A DNA stretch of 64,000 nt from Nostoc sp. GTDB taxonomy: Bacteria; Cyanobacteriota; Cyanobacteriia; Cyanobacteriales; Nostocaceae. The stretch is from contig JBALDB010000007.1 of assembly GCA_036918135.1 (NCBI GenBank), forward strand, positions 32,001-96,000. Reading direction: 5' to 3'. Below are positions 30,011-41,478 of the stretch, one piece after another; position 1 is the stretch's first letter; each line of letters starts with the position of its first letter. The notes under the pieces were generated by a model, which saw only the letters and a list, made by a program, of their open reading frames with translations, made no database searches and was not told the origin of the DNA. Made by a program: the position numbers and the translations under genes.

Positions 30011-30214
30011 TTCTTCCTGGTATATACCGGAATTTCCATTAGTTATTTTTTTATTAATTAGCTGGCTGAATAAGTAAAGGGGCAAATATGTGCGTCAAGT
30101 GTAAGATATATTTATAGGTATAAATTTTACTAAATATAATTAATTGATTTTTATTAACACTTACATAATTTTGAGGAAAACCAAACATTCTCTGAAAAGT
30201 TTGATTTTTCAAAG

Positions 30215-32851
30215 CTAAAGTACTGGTCGTTTACTTTCGAGGATTTCTGTTGCTTTTTGAGCAGATAGTGGTCGGTAGAATAGAAAGCCTTGTACATCCT
30301 CACAATTGATAGATTTCAAAAACTCTAATTCCTCTTCGTTTTCTACCCCTTCGGCTGTCAGCCTCAATCCCAAGTTCCGCCCCAAGCTAACTATGGCCTT
30401 GATAATATGAGCTACTTTGACATCGTGGGTCAAATCTTGGACGAAAGATTTATCGATTTTCAAATTGTGGAGTGGCAAAAGCTGTAAGCGCGAGAGGGAA
30501 GAATGACCAGTACCAAAGTCATCAATGGAGAGATAAACGCCCATTTGCTGTAAATTCTCTAATACGGTTCGAGTGAAGTCTAAATCCTCAATGGCTGTGG
30601 TTTCGGTAATTTCTAACTCTAAAAAGTGGGCTTCTAGCCCCGTTTGTTCTAAAATTTTGGCTACAGTCTCTACTAATTGTGGTTGGCGGAATTGCTTAAG
30701 AGAAAGATTAACAGCGATAGTTAGGGGTGGTAAGCCTGCATCTTGCCAAGCTTTATTTTGGCTACAGGCTGTTCGCAGCACCCATTCACCAATGGAGACA
30801 ATTAATCCACTTTGTTCGGCTAGAGGAATGAAAACACTAGGTGCAATCAGTCCCATCTCTGGGTGTTGCCAACGCAACAAAGCCTCCATTCCAGTAATCT
30901 CTTTTGTATTAATATTTATACGTGGTTGATAGTACAGAGAAAATTCTTTGCGTTCTAGGGCATAACGCAAGCTTTTCTCTAAAGTCAGGAGTTCGGGATT
31001 TTTAGCGCTCAGCGAAGCACTGTAGAATTGGTAGTTATTTCGCCCTTTATCTTTGGCGTGATACAAAGCTGTATCTGCGTGCTGAATTAGTGTTTCAGCG
31101 TCAGGGCTATTGATATCAAGCAGCGCAATCCCAAGACTGGCACTGATGTAAAGTTCATGCTCTTGCAGATGGAAGGCATCTTCTAAAGTTTGTAAAATTC
31201 TCTGCGCCACTTGGGTTACTTCTTCGATATTATTCACTCGCGGGAGTAAAATAGTGAATTCATCGCCTCCCCAACGGGCTACAGTATCTCCTTTTCTAAG
31301 TGAGTCTTTTAATCTTTGAGCGACATTTTGTAATAACTTATCTCCCAGCGTGTGCCCAAGAGTGTCATTGATTACCTTGAAGCGATCCAAGTCGAGGAAA
31401 ATCACAGCTAAACTTTCCCCGTTGCGAGTTGCATTCGGCAGGGTTTTGCATAGCATCTGGTCAAATAGTAGACGGTTAGGTAATCCTGTGAGCATATCAT
31501 GGAGGGCTTGATAGCGAATCTTTTCTTCTACCTGCTGGCGCTGGCGTGCGCCAATAATACTGGCAGCCATCGTCAACAGGGTAGATTCTTCGTGCCTTGA
31601 CCAATGACGCTCAAAAGTGCAGTCTGCCAAGCCAAGGTAACCCCAAAACTCGTTTTCCAGCCGCAGAGGTACTAGAAGCAGGGATTGAATGCCATCTCGA
31701 ATCAGGAATTGTTGTTCGGCGACGAGAAATGTTTGGGTGAGTCCGCTAATTGACTGCCCATTAGAGAGAACATTGTACCAACGGCTTAATCCAGAAGCTT
31801 CATAAGGTTGATTCTGCCAAAGGTGTCCAGTACGTTGAATAAAAGAGCGTGTCCATTCAAACCGCAGGCTCATTACTATTTCTCCTGTGGTTGGATGGGG
31901 ATGGTTTTGAAAAAGATAAGCACGATCTGCCTTAGCAGCTTCGCCCAAAACAGCTAGAGCTCGCTCAATACCAGTTTCATAATTCATTTCGCTGAGCAAA
32001 TAATTAGCGGCTTCTGCAACTGCTTGTAACAAGCGATCGCGCTGGTGTAGTTCAGCTGTAGCTTGTTTTTGTTCTGTAACATCCCTAACAATAAAAGTTC
32101 TTATTAAATCACTTTCAGGAAGGTAGAGAACCGATTGTTCAAAAACCTCTGTACCTACTTCCACCTCGCGCATAAAAGAATTTTTTTCTAGATTCTTAAC
32201 TGCGGTTAACAGTCCAGTTAAAATTGGGTGTTGCATTCCAATTTCCCTGAGTTTGGGAAACTTGAGAGTTGCAGCTGGATTGAGATAAGTTACTGTTCCC
32301 TCTAAATCCATTTCAATAATTGGATTGGGAATCAGTTCTGGGAAGGATGCTAGGCGAGCAAGAGCAGCTTCACTAGCTGCTTCAAAGGTGGTATCAACAG
32401 CTAAGGTTTGAAAAGGATTGGCAGAATTGGCTTGCTCTGATAGAAAATTAGATAAATCTTCAACATCGGATGATACAGAAAATGCTTGTTCTGAAAGATT
32501 GGAAATAGCATAATATTGAGCTTGAGCTTGATTATTCCCAAATACAATGAGATCTCCATGCTTAAGGTTGTGAGAGAAGCATCTATCGCCATTCACGAAC
32601 AAGCCATTGGTACTTCCTTTTCCCTTGTAGTTTCCATCGATAATCTGGAAGCCATATTGGTCAGTTTCTGGAAGAGTTACTCGTAATAAAATTGCATGTT
32701 GCATTGATACTGACCGGGAAGCTAAGACAATAGTATTCGCCGAATGCCGTCCTATAGAATAAGTAGCCTCTCTCAGGGGGATAGTTCGCCGCCCTTGCAT
32801 ATCTTGAACGATCAACAGATGGCGTATTTTTTCCCGCTCATTTCCTAGCAT
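30215..32851 (-). CDS. FHA-PAS-GAF-GGDEF-EAL c-di-GMP signalling protein
   Basis: FHA (IGR..SVSMQHA..STNG), PAS (PNPIIE), GAF, intact GGDEF, EAL and DDFGTG. Confidence 0.92.
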   Translation of the reverse strand: MLGNEREKIRHLLIVQDMQGRRTIPLREATYSIGRHSANTIVLASRSVSMQHAILLRVTLPETDQYGFQIIDGNYKGKGSTNGLFVNGDRCFSHNLKHGDLIVFGNNQAQAQYYAISNLSEQAFSVSSDVEDLSNFLSEQANSANPFQTLAVDTTFEAASEAALARLASFPELIPNPIIEMDLEGTVTYLNPAATLKFPKLREIGMQHPILTGLLTAVKNLEKNSFMREVEVGTEVFEQSVLYLPESDLIRTFIVRDVTEQKQATAELHQRDRLLQAVAEAANYLLSEMNYETGIERALAVLGEAAKADRAYLFQNHPHPTTGEIVMSLRFEWTRSFIQRTGHLWQNQPYEASGLSRWYNVLSNGQSISGLTQTFLVAEQQFLIRDGIQSLLLVPLRLENEFWGYLGLADCTFERHWSRHEESTLLTMAASIIGARQRQQVEEKIRYQALHDMLTGLPNRLLFDQMLCKTLPNATRNGESLAVIFLDLDRFKVINDTLGHTLGDKLLQNVAQRLKDSLRKGDTVARWGGDEFTILLPRVNNIEEVTQVAQRILQTLEDAFHLQEHELYISASLGIALLDINSPDAETLIQHADTALYHAKDKGRNNYQFYSASLSAKNPELLTLEKSLRYALERKEFSLYYQPRININTKEITGMEALLRWQHPEMGLIAPSVFIPLAEQSGLIVSIGEWVLRTACSQNKAWQDAGLPPLTIAVNLSLKQFRQPQLVETVAKILEQTGLEAHFLELEITETTAIEDLDFTRTVLENLQQMGVYLSIDDFGTGHSSLSRLQLLPLHNLKIDKSFVQDLTHDVKVAHIIKAIVSLGRNLGLRLTAEGVENEEELEFLKSINCEDVQGFLFYRPLSAQKATEILESKRPVL

Positions 32852-32885
32852 AGCTGTTCCTCAAATTCTCATATCTTTAGGTCTT

Positions 32886-32972
32886 ATATCAAGTTCGCTT
32901 AATACTTATAATTCAAAATTCTCTGCGTTAGGGCGTCAGCCATAATCATAAGTATTCATCCGAACATGATAT
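32886..32972. repeat. Short inverted-repeat (MITE-like) element
   Basis: ATATCAAGTTCGCTTAATACTTAT versus reverse complement ATATCATGTTCGGATGAATACTTAT; similar left end near 29617. Confidence 0.6.
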
Positions 32973-33734
32973 TAGTCTGAAAAATACTGCTGCTATAAGT
33001 TCAGATTTTTCAGCTTCGCTTTTTGGGAAATTTACTCAACTAAATTTCTCACTATCTGCAATTCAAAATTTGTATGAGGATGCAAACCAATCTTTTTCTT
33101 GAGAATTTACCTTCAGGAATGAGATGCCCAATTGTCTAACCAATTTTTCCCGTAGAAGTCCTAGCTGTTTTCTCAAATCATGCATAATTTATTAACTCTG
33201 TTCCTTAATCTATATCATCTTTTTTTAGGATACCCAAAATCAAATCAAACACAGAGCTTTATATATAGTATATTTGCGGATTTTTCTTTTAATTTGATGT
33301 TAAATTACGAGAAAACCACAGAGTTTTTAACCAGCTTCTATTGCTAGTTAAGTCTAAAAACTTAAAAATCTAAAAGTAAAAAAGCAAAATAAAATATTTA
33401 GATATTTATATAATTCAACTATTGATATTAAGTCCGGTTGATTATTTATAATTTTCCTAATCTATGCAGAAATGGAAAAATCCTCTTTCCCCTGTTAATA
33501 ACTCTCAGCAAAAACTGCGGTCTTAATGATAAGTCTTTCATCGGACACGATATAATACATTGTTTATTCACAGCAGTCATCTTAAGTCACCGTCGTCAGG
33601 GACATTGCCTCTACTACGTGTCTCTTAGACGCAAAGCGACTTCTCAGAAAGTAACAAATCTTGATTTTACTTTATAAAAAAATTAGGGCATTGTTCATTC
33701 TTTTTTTTATTTTTTACCTCATTTGATAACTAAT

Positions 33735-35582
33735 TTAAAAAGGATTATAGAGTAAGCTAAAATACAAACCGTTTTCTTGTAATGTTCGATCGCTTGACTC
33801 AACAGATATTAAAGGAATTCCCCAGTCAAGACGAACAGTCAAGCGTGAGCCTTGTGACCAACGCAACCCCAAACCAACGGCAGCTAGGGTATTAGGGTCG
33901 GGATTGTCTATATCAGAACTGTTCCAACCAACACCAAAATCAACAAATGGGACAACCTGCAAGGTACTATCTATCTTCGATAAACGCAGAATCGGTATTT
34001 GAATTTCAGCAGAAACAAAAGTGCCATTATCTGTTAAAAGGTAATCTTGACGATAGCCCCGAATGCTATCTTGTCCACCTAATCCAAATTGCTCTATGGG
34101 TAAAAGAGTTCTGGATGCTAATTGTGTATTTAAGCGAAGTAACAGTAAAGTTTCAGGAGCTAAAAGGCGTGCCCACTGCGCTTGTCCTTGCCAAGCAAAA
34201 AAACGGCTATCAGGAGGATTTGCATTAATCGTGGCATTCAACGCACCAATACCCAAGCTAAATTGAGAGCGGAGGGCAATGACTTCACGGCTGTTGCGAG
34301 AAGTCCATTCTTGAAAAAATCGCAACGCAGATACCCTAGTACGTCCTTGATCGTCGGCTCCAGGCGAAATTAAAGATGGGGACACCCCTTCTCTCTGTAA
34401 AACCCAGGAGATATCACTCTCCCGTCGGGAGGCTGTTAACCCAAGGGCAAATTCTTGTGTAGGAGTTTGAGTTATTGGCTGACGGAATGTCAATTCGTAA
34501 TAGCGAGAATCGGAATGGATATCTAGGGAGTCAAAAGGAGGTTCAATGACATTGCTCGATGTGATGCCATAGTAAAAGCTAAGGGTTCCGTTGCGGGGAT
34601 TGAGCGGTAAGGTGTAGCTGGCGTCTAAGGAGTTACTACCATCAGTATTAGTATAAGCTATACCTAAACTATCTCCCAATCCCAATAAGTTAGCCTCATT
34701 CAATTGTAATCGCCGTCGGAAGCTACCAACACTAGGTGCTCGCCCATTATCTAAAACTATTTGGCTACTAAAGGTTTTTGCCTCATTAATCTTGACTTCT
34801 AACAGACTCACACCCGTGCGCGACCCCGCTGAGAGTTCAGCAGAGAGGTTTTTAATCAAAGGATTAAGCTGCAAAAGTTGTAATGCCTCTAACAGACGTT
34901 GCCGATTCAAAGGTGGTGATGTAGCTATTGCTAGTCTGCTGCGGATATAATTGGGGTTCAACCGCTGAGTACCAGTTATTTGAATGTCTTCTAATTTACC
35001 TTCGATTACCTGAATTTTTACGACACCAGATTGGATTGTTTGCGGTGGGATATAGGCACCAGAGGTAATGTAACCATTTTTGACATATAGGTCAGTAATT
35101 TTGGAGCGTGCTTGATACACTTGGCTTAGAGAAATCGGTCGTTTAGTAAATTCAGCAGTAGCTTCGGCTAGCTGTTTGGGACTGAAAACTGTGCTACCAA
35201 TAACTTCAAATCTTTGAACAACAATAGTTTGAGGAAATTTGTCAGGAACTGGTTGCTCTGGTGTGGGAGTTGGGGTAGAGGGCGGAAATAGTTCTGCTGG
35301 TGGAGGAAGTGGCTGTGGCGGTTCTGGTGAGGGTAGTGGGGAAGGTGAGGGTAGTGGTTGGATATCCTGTGGTGGTGGGATATCCTGTGGTGGTGGGACT
35401 GCTCGTTGCGACAAGATGAAATTACTATTTAGTTGTTTTGTAGGGAAATTACTATTTGGTTGTTTTGTAGGATCGACAGCCTGAGCTTTTAAGGGTATGG
35501 AAGCTAAGGTACTGAGGGATATACATATATCCAGTGGTAATAACCACAATATTGCAATATTAATCGAATATTTATCAATCAT
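33735..35582 (-). CDS. ShlB/FhaC/HecB family (TpsB) outer-membrane transporter
   Basis: Pro-rich linker, POTRA (LYVKNGYITSGA), GGQDSIRGY motif, C-terminal Phe. Confidence 0.9.
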   Translation of the reverse strand: MIDKYSINIAILWLLPLDICISLSTLASIPLKAQAVDPTKQPNSNFPTKQLNSNFILSQRAVPPPQDIPPPQDIQPLPSPSPLPSPEPPQPLPPPAELFPPSTPTPTPEQPVPDKFPQTIVVQRFEVIGSTVFSPKQLAEATAEFTKRPISLSQVYQARSKITDLYVKNGYITSGAYIPPQTIQSGVVKIQVIEGKLEDIQITGTQRLNPNYIRSRLAIATSPPLNRQRLLEALQLLQLNPLIKNLSAELSAGSRTGVSLLEVKINEAKTFSSQIVLDNGRAPSVGSFRRRLQLNEANLLGLGDSLGIAYTNTDGSNSLDASYTLPLNPRNGTLSFYYGITSSNVIEPPFDSLDIHSDSRYYELTFRQPITQTPTQEFALGLTASRRESDISWVLQREGVSPSLISPGADDQGRTRVSALRFFQEWTSRNSREVIALRSQFSLGIGALNATINANPPDSRFFAWQGQAQWARLLAPETLLLLRLNTQLASRTLLPIEQFGLGGQDSIRGYRQDYLLTDNGTFVSAEIQIPILRLSKIDSTLQVVPFVDFGVGWNSSDIDNPDPNTLAAVGLGLRWSQGSRLTVRLDWGIPLISVESSDRTLQENGLYFSLLYNPF

Positions 35583-35775
35583 TGCACTGAAATATTTTTG
35601 CTCTAAAATTATGAGACTATACGGGGACTGCTATAGATGTGAATCTTACTTCATCTTTTGCCACTAAAGTTAATATTTTCAGCAAATCTCAATCGAAAAG
35701 CTGAATTAAATGTTAATTGCAGATTTAAAAATATTAATAAGTATTATTAAAACTACTATCTAGTAAGCCCCAGCA

Positions 35776-35983
35776 ATGGAAAATAGGTCGAGGCAAAAGC
35801 TTTGAATGACCAGTAGTGCTGCTGGCACTATACAGATTAAGAAGGCTAGAAATCGCATCAGGAGTAGAAATTACTGCAATTATTACTAAGCAATCAGTTG
35901 ACAGCCTCCACCTGCAAGAGGGAAAACAAGCAACCACTGTGATTAAAACATCATACATTATAATTGCTACAAATCAGAAATAA
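35776..35983 (+). pseudogene. TOBE/Mop (molbindin) remnant
   Basis: LEIASGVEITAIITKQSVDSLHLQEGKQATTVIKTSYII* matches the Mop pattern; 5' part disrupted. Confidence 0.7.
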
Positions 35984-36291
35984 GTAAATAGGGTATGGCG
36001 ATCGCTTCATAATAGTGCATTGCCCATTAGCTATAGATGCAGAAAAGAAACCTTTTAACCAAAGTATTTTTGGGAGCGATCGCCCTATGTAACTCTAATA
36101 TAGTAAAGTCCAGTATTACTAACTTCCGAACCAGATGAGGTGATGAGTATTTTATCCCTCAGATTTTAATCCAATAACTGAGCCGCCATACAAGTATAAC
36201 TTTCACACCCAAATTATTGGCAGCTTTTTAGAAAACAGAATTGACATTGCATTGATATTAAAAGTATGTATTCTGTTGCGATCGCGCAAGT

Positions 36292-36993
36292 CTAAATTGT
36301 ATCTGGATCGATGTTTAACTGCCGCAATTTGGCTGCCAAACGTTGTGCTTTTTGTTCTGCTTGTTCTAGTCTTTGCTCTGTCTGTTGTGCTGTTTCTTCA
36401 GGTGTTGGTACTATTTGTCCGTTTGGTGTAAAAAACCGTAATAATCCCTGATAAATTCCTAGATATTACCCTAACTGTTGACTCCATAAATGTCCTTGCT
36501 CATTTACTTGTAGAGGTTGATATTCTCTATCTACTAAATGAAATCCGGCAAATTCTAATGTATATGGGTCGAACCAAAAATAATCTAAAGTGCGGAAAGT
36601 ATCTTGATAAATTTCTTTTTTTAAACCTCTGTCTGTCTTCGCCGTTGAGTCAGAAAGTATTTCTAGAATTAAATTTGGATATTTGCCATCTTCTTCCCAA
36701 ACTACCCAACTTTTACGGGTTTTGCGTTTGCATCCTAAGACTACAAAAAAGTCTGTCCCTGGGAAATATTCTGATTTTAGTTGGCGGTGACTGTAGTAGA
36801 TAGTCAGGTTTCCAGCTGCATAGAAATCATTTCTATCTCGCCACAGCCATTCTAAACATGTCAAAAGTAAAATTATTTGTCGTAAATGTAGTTCGGTTTC
36901 CAACGGAGGCTCATCGCTATATAAATCACCAGGGGGAAAAATAATATCTTCACAGATGCCTTCTTGAGCATCAAATTCTTGAGCTATGGTCAT
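36292..36993 (-). pseudogene. Uma2 family endonuclease with one premature stop
   Basis: SDEPPLET..H, DFFVVLG, EILSDST; after TAA at 36466-36468 the frame continues YLGIYQGLLRFF..AAKLRQLNIDPDTI*. Confidence 0.8.
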
Positions 36994-37305
36994 AGAATGG
37001 ATACGGCATCAATTAGTTATTGATTTATTTTAGCAATCCTTGCAGAACGCCTAAAATAAATTAGAAAAATTATAGAAATGCGTTCGCCATAATTTATTTA
37101 CACAAATGACGGCGAACGGGAGCAATCGCGTCCTCTTCGAGCCGAACTTTTTCTCTTTGATGCAGACTTTTTGTACTAAAAATACTACTGCGAGGTTATG
37201 AATATCATATTGTTAAGCTTGCAAATCGTAGCGATCGCTACTTTTTTTCCAACTATTTTGGTAATAGTTATAGAATATCTCTAAAAATAATCTTGAATAT
37301 CCATA

Positions 37306-38157
37306 ATGAGTGTTTTCTTCTCAGATGAGGCGATCGCTAGGTTAATTCAGGAAGATGTTCCTTACCTAGATTTGACAACTCACGGACTTGGTATTGGCAA
37401 GCAACTTGGTGAAATCGAGTTTTCTACCCGTCATCCAATGACCATTTGCGCGACTGAAGAAGCAGCCAGAGTATTAAAATATTGTGGTGCCGAGGTTCAT
37501 TATCAAGTGGAAAGTGGTACAGTCTGCCAACAAAAGCAATTAATTCTGCAAGCTAGTGGCAGTGCGATCGCTTTACATAGTGGTTGGAGAGTTGCTTTAA
37601 ATTTGCTGGAATATACTTCTGGCATCGCTTCACGTACCAGAGTATTAGTAGATAGTGCTTTAGCTGTAAATCCATCTGTTTCGATTGTGACTACTCGTAA
37701 ATGTTTTCCAGGTACTAGAGCGCTTTCTATCAAAGCAGTTCTAGCTGGCGGGGGCTTTTTTCATCGCTTAGGATTATCCGAAACAGTTCTAATCTTCAAC
37801 CAACATCTAATATTTATGGGAGGTATAGCAGGGCTAATTGAGCGCATGAATGAACTACGACGACAGTTTCCAGAACAACCTATTTGCGTGGAAGTAGATA
37901 CACCAACAGATGCTTGGATGGTTGCTCAAGCAGGTGTAGATCTAATTCAGTTTGATAAAATTCCGTTACCAGACCTTGAGCTTCTGGTTTTGAAGTTGAA
38001 GCAGCAGTATCCGAACTTAAAATTAGCAGCGGCTGGTGGGATTACCTCTGAAAATATAAAGGATTATACAAGCACTGGTGTAGATATCTTAGTCACAAGT
38101 TCACCGTACTTTGGTAAACCGTGCGATATTGCAGTCAAAATGAAGATGGCACAGTAG
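37306..38157 (+). CDS. modD: ModD protein (NadC/ModD family, QPRTase-like)
   Basis: EDVPYLDLTT, TTRK, HRLGLSETVLIF, AAAGGI motifs. Confidence 0.85.
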   Translation: MSVFFSDEAIARLIQEDVPYLDLTTHGLGIGKQLGEIEFSTRHPMTICATEEAARVLKYCGAEVHYQVESGTVCQQKQLILQASGSAIALHSGWRVALNLLEYTSGIASRTRVLVDSALAVNPSVSIVTTRKCFPGTRALSIKAVLAGGGFFHRLGLSETVLIFNQHLIFMGGIAGLIERMNELRRQFPEQPICVEVDTPTDAWMVAQAGVDLIQFDKIPLPDLELLVLKLKQQYPNLKLAAAGGITSENIKDYTSTGVDILVTSSPYFGKPCDIAVKMKMAQ

Positions 38158-38745
38158 TGCATTTATTAATTTACTTTGATACTTAGGATTGCGGTTGCAA
38201 AAATATAGGAGTTGAATTGTATAGAACAGCGCTTAAGCAATACTTAGAAAGGAAGTAGAGTCTGAGTCTCAATTATAAACAGTTTATTAGCTTGATAGCT
38301 AGCCATTTATAGTTTCTAAGGTAAACGGCGATCGCAAGCTTCTTTACAATATTAAGCTCAACTATTTTCAAAAGAAATAAAAATTAATTTTGTTAACATT
38401 TGATTACCATATTATTTGGTAATTTACTCAATAAGTTGGTATTATCTTCTATACATTAGACAGATACACTTATCCATTTTGAAAAACGCAAATCTCATAA
38501 GAAGTTTGCGGCTAACTTTGGCGTAAAAATTCATTAGTTTTTGATAACTCTTATTGAAAACTAGCTATTTTGTATTGTGTGGTAAGGAGTTGAAAGTTGA
38601 ACGAGAAATCATTTTTACTTTGTTTCACAATATTTATTGTCAGCTTGCTCAGTTTAGGCGATAAAGATACTAATTTTTAGTAAGTAAACAGCTTTGAGCA
38701 AAACTATCTAGTTTTTTCAATATTCAATAGTAAACGGAGAAATGT

Positions 38746-39426
38746 TTGATGCGTTTTACCCGCCAGATACCCATTGCCTCTTTGATATTATCGACAGTAT
38801 TTTTATGGCAGCCTACTTTAGCTGATTCCAAAAGGGATATTAACTGGGAACAAGGACAAAAAATATCAGCTGTCTGGAATCAAAATAAGTGTCCTGGAGG
38901 TTCTTCGCAAAGTTTTCGCTTGGGTGGAGAAGTGAATAATCCAACCACTTATAACTTGCAAAACCTGAGAAATTTACGAGATGTTTTAAAAAACCAAAAT
39001 CCACCAGTAGTTACTGAAGTCACTGTGAGCTTTCAAACCGGCTCAGGTCCCCGAACAGAAACATACTATGGAGTTCCACTCTGGGAATTGATTAATAATC
39101 CGAAAGCCGGAGGTGGTCTCAAGCCTGGTAATTCTGGGGTAAATACTAAAAACTCTTTTTTGAGGCAATATGTTCTAGTTGATGCCACAGATTGCTATGG
39201 TGCAGTCGTAGCTATTGGTGAAATTCAACCTAACTTTGAAGGTAAAACAGTGCTAGTTGCATTTGAAAAAAAAGCTAGTGATGGTACAGTGGTGCCTTTA
39301 ACAGATGATGGATTTGCTCGTTTAGTAGTTCCAGGTGACAAAGCTGGAGGTCGTTACGTTAGTAATGTGACAAATATCGTTATATTATCGGCTCCTCCTT
39401 CTCCTTTGAAACGAAAGTATTTCTAA
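38746..39426 (+). CDS. Exported molybdopterin-oxidoreductase-like domain protein
   Basis: Signal peptide; YYGVPLWELI, ATDCY, ARLVVPGDKAGGRYVSNV resemble the Oxidored_molyb fold. Confidence 0.65.
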   Translation: MMRFTRQIPIASLILSTVFLWQPTLADSKRDINWEQGQKISAVWNQNKCPGGSSQSFRLGGEVNNPTTYNLQNLRNLRDVLKNQNPPVVTEVTVSFQTGSGPRTETYYGVPLWELINNPKAGGGLKPGNSGVNTKNSFLRQYVLVDATDCYGAVVAIGEIQPNFEGKTVLVAFEKKASDGTVVPLTDDGFARLVVPGDKAGGRYVSNVTNIVILSAPPSPLKRKYF

Positions 39427-39719
39427 AAATTTTTCCTCTCAAAGACTCCTACAACAAAGGATTTCCATATCACTTGATGGTAGTTGTCAAGACTACACTA
39501 CTTTCTCTACCTAGTAAGAAGTTGGAGTGAAGTAAACCTTTGCTCCAAACTTCCCTGCTAGGCGCTGCCAGAACGGGGAAAATCTCTATTTCCACAGTTG
39601 CTACAGATGAGAGTAATTTAGGTTGTGGCGATCGCTTCATAGGTGCATCGCCATGCAGAAAATTGTCTCTAGTTATCGTAAGATGAGACAATAGGCAGAC
39701 TACTTTGAGAGGGGAAGGG

Positions 39720-40163
39720 ATGAGAATCGCTATTGGCAGTGATGAACGCACTAACCTTACCGACATAATACTCGAAGAACTTAAGCGACGTGGATACGAA
39801 GTTATACCCTTTGGTTCCCTAGCGGAGAATAATCCAGAAGTTGATTGGCCTATCAGTAGTAGTAAAGTTGCTTTGGCAGTAGCAACCCAGAAAGTAGATG
39901 AGGGGATTGTTTTTTGTTGGACTGGTACTGGTGCATCTATTGCAGCTAACAAAGTCTGTGGGATACGTGCTGCTTTGTGCCATGATGCTGAAACGGCACG
40001 CGGTGCCCGCATCTGGAATCATGCCAATGTCCTAGTATTAAGTTTACGTGCGACTACAGAAGCGATCGCCAAAGAAATATTAGATGCCTGGTTTAGCACA
40101 CCCTATTCTGAAGATGACTGGAACTTGCTACAAATCAAGCGAATTGGACAGTTAGAGAAATGA
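39720..40163 (+). CDS. RpiB/LacA/LacB family sugar-phosphate isomerase
   Basis: MRIAIGSD, CWTGTGASIAANKV, NHANVL. Confidence 0.9.
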   Translation: MRIAIGSDERTNLTDIILEELKRRGYEVIPFGSLAENNPEVDWPISSSKVALAVATQKVDEGIVFCWTGTGASIAANKVCGIRAALCHDAETARGARIWNHANVLVLSLRATTEAIAKEILDAWFSTPYSEDDWNLLQIKRIGQLEK

Positions 40164-40374
40164 GATGTCGAGGTTGGTAGGCTGATATTATACTGATAGT
40201 TGCGTGTTATTTTCTACCTTATTCTTTTTTGTTTGTAAGTTTGAAATAAAAAATTAATATAATCTTTTATACCTGACAAATTTTCATCGATTTTACTTCT
40301 CCCGTTTCAACATCTACAGTAAATATTTTATATTCACGTTCATATTTAGTTGCTAAAGAAATAGTTTATTTGAG

Positions 40375-41140
40375 CAATCTTAGACCACTTAAGGTAACTA
40401 AAACTTAGAACCTTCATGGCCAATAACGCCTATTGGTAAGTTAATATTTCCTAGAAAGTTACCCACTAAAAGCAACACAATAAAACCCAATGCTACGACT
40501 ATATTCTATTTGACTATAAGTTGCGATCGCCTACCCAAATGTATCGCCACAGCAATTTTTTCTAAATTGTCTGCCATCAATACTATATCTGCGGTTTCCA
40601 ATGCCACATCGCTACCTGCTCCTCCCATCGCTAAACCCACAGTTGCTTGTGCTAAAGCTGGTGCATCATTAATGCCATCGCCTACCATTGTCACAGTTTG
40701 ATACTTTTGCTGTAAATAACGAATCACATCTAGCTTATCTTCTGGTAAAAGTTGAGCATACACTCGCTCAATTCCTACTGCTTTGGCGACGCTATTAGCA
40801 GTTTCTTGATTATCTCCAGTTAACAAAACAATTTGCTCAATTCCGAGTTTTTTTAAGTGAGTAATACTTGCAGCAGTTTGCATTCTCACCTCATCTGCAA
40901 TGGTAATGATACCCATCACCTCTACCCCTCTGCCCCCCTGCCCCTCTGCTCTGTGTTCTTCTCCTGCTACTCAAACCACAGTCTTACCTTCTTGCTCTAA
41001 AAATTGAGCGGTAAAGTTGCCAGTAATATCCCAGCTATAACAATTACTTTGGCATATCCTTTTTCAAAGCGATCAATAAATTTTTGGGAAGGCAGGGCTT
41101 GTGTCTGCGCTTGTTCTACCAAATGAATCACGCTACTATT
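40375..41140 (-). pseudogene. Heavy-metal P1B-type ATPase pseudogene with internal deletion
   Basis: LVEQAQ..IDRFEKGYAK jumps to EQEGKTVV*, then TGDN, MVGDGINDAPAL and GHEGS; DKTGT domain missing; in-frame stops. Confidence 0.8.
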
Positions 41141-41179
41141 GGGGAGGACAATTATACTACGCTTAGTGAAAACTGAACC

Positions 41180-41478
41180 AGCCGTACCACTGACGAACAG
41201 AGAAAAAATCCTGATACTATTAAAATTAATACTAAAGTTAAATGTTATAATCTCCGCAACAGTTGGGAATAACGAACAGCCCACTCGCTAATAAAAATAA
41301 CATTTTCTGGCTGGTTGCGACGTAGAGAAAAACTCACCAGAGCGATCGCAACTCCCAAACCTATAACTAAAAATACCAATAATAGTGAAGCTTTAAGCGC
41401 TTGAGTTCCAAATTGAACAAGCTCATTCGGATGCGTTAAATCGGGTAATCCAGGAATAGCTTGAGCAGTAAATGACAT
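41180..41478 (-). pseudogene. N-terminal fragment of a membrane protein
   Basis: MSFTAQAIPG...RRL*HLTLVLILIVSGFFLC; hydrophobic frame continues through a stop, then ends at the ATPase fragment. Confidence 0.5.

Noticed and set aside
35734..35958. 74-aa minus-strand ORF
   Set aside because: Antisense to the recognisable mop/TOBE remnant.
37264..37292. ModE box upstream of modD
   Set aside because: Only a weak half-match (GTTATAGA) in AT-rich DNA.
39470..40012. 180-aa minus-strand ORF
   Set aside because: Largely antisense to the RpiB-family gene, with no recognisable motifs.
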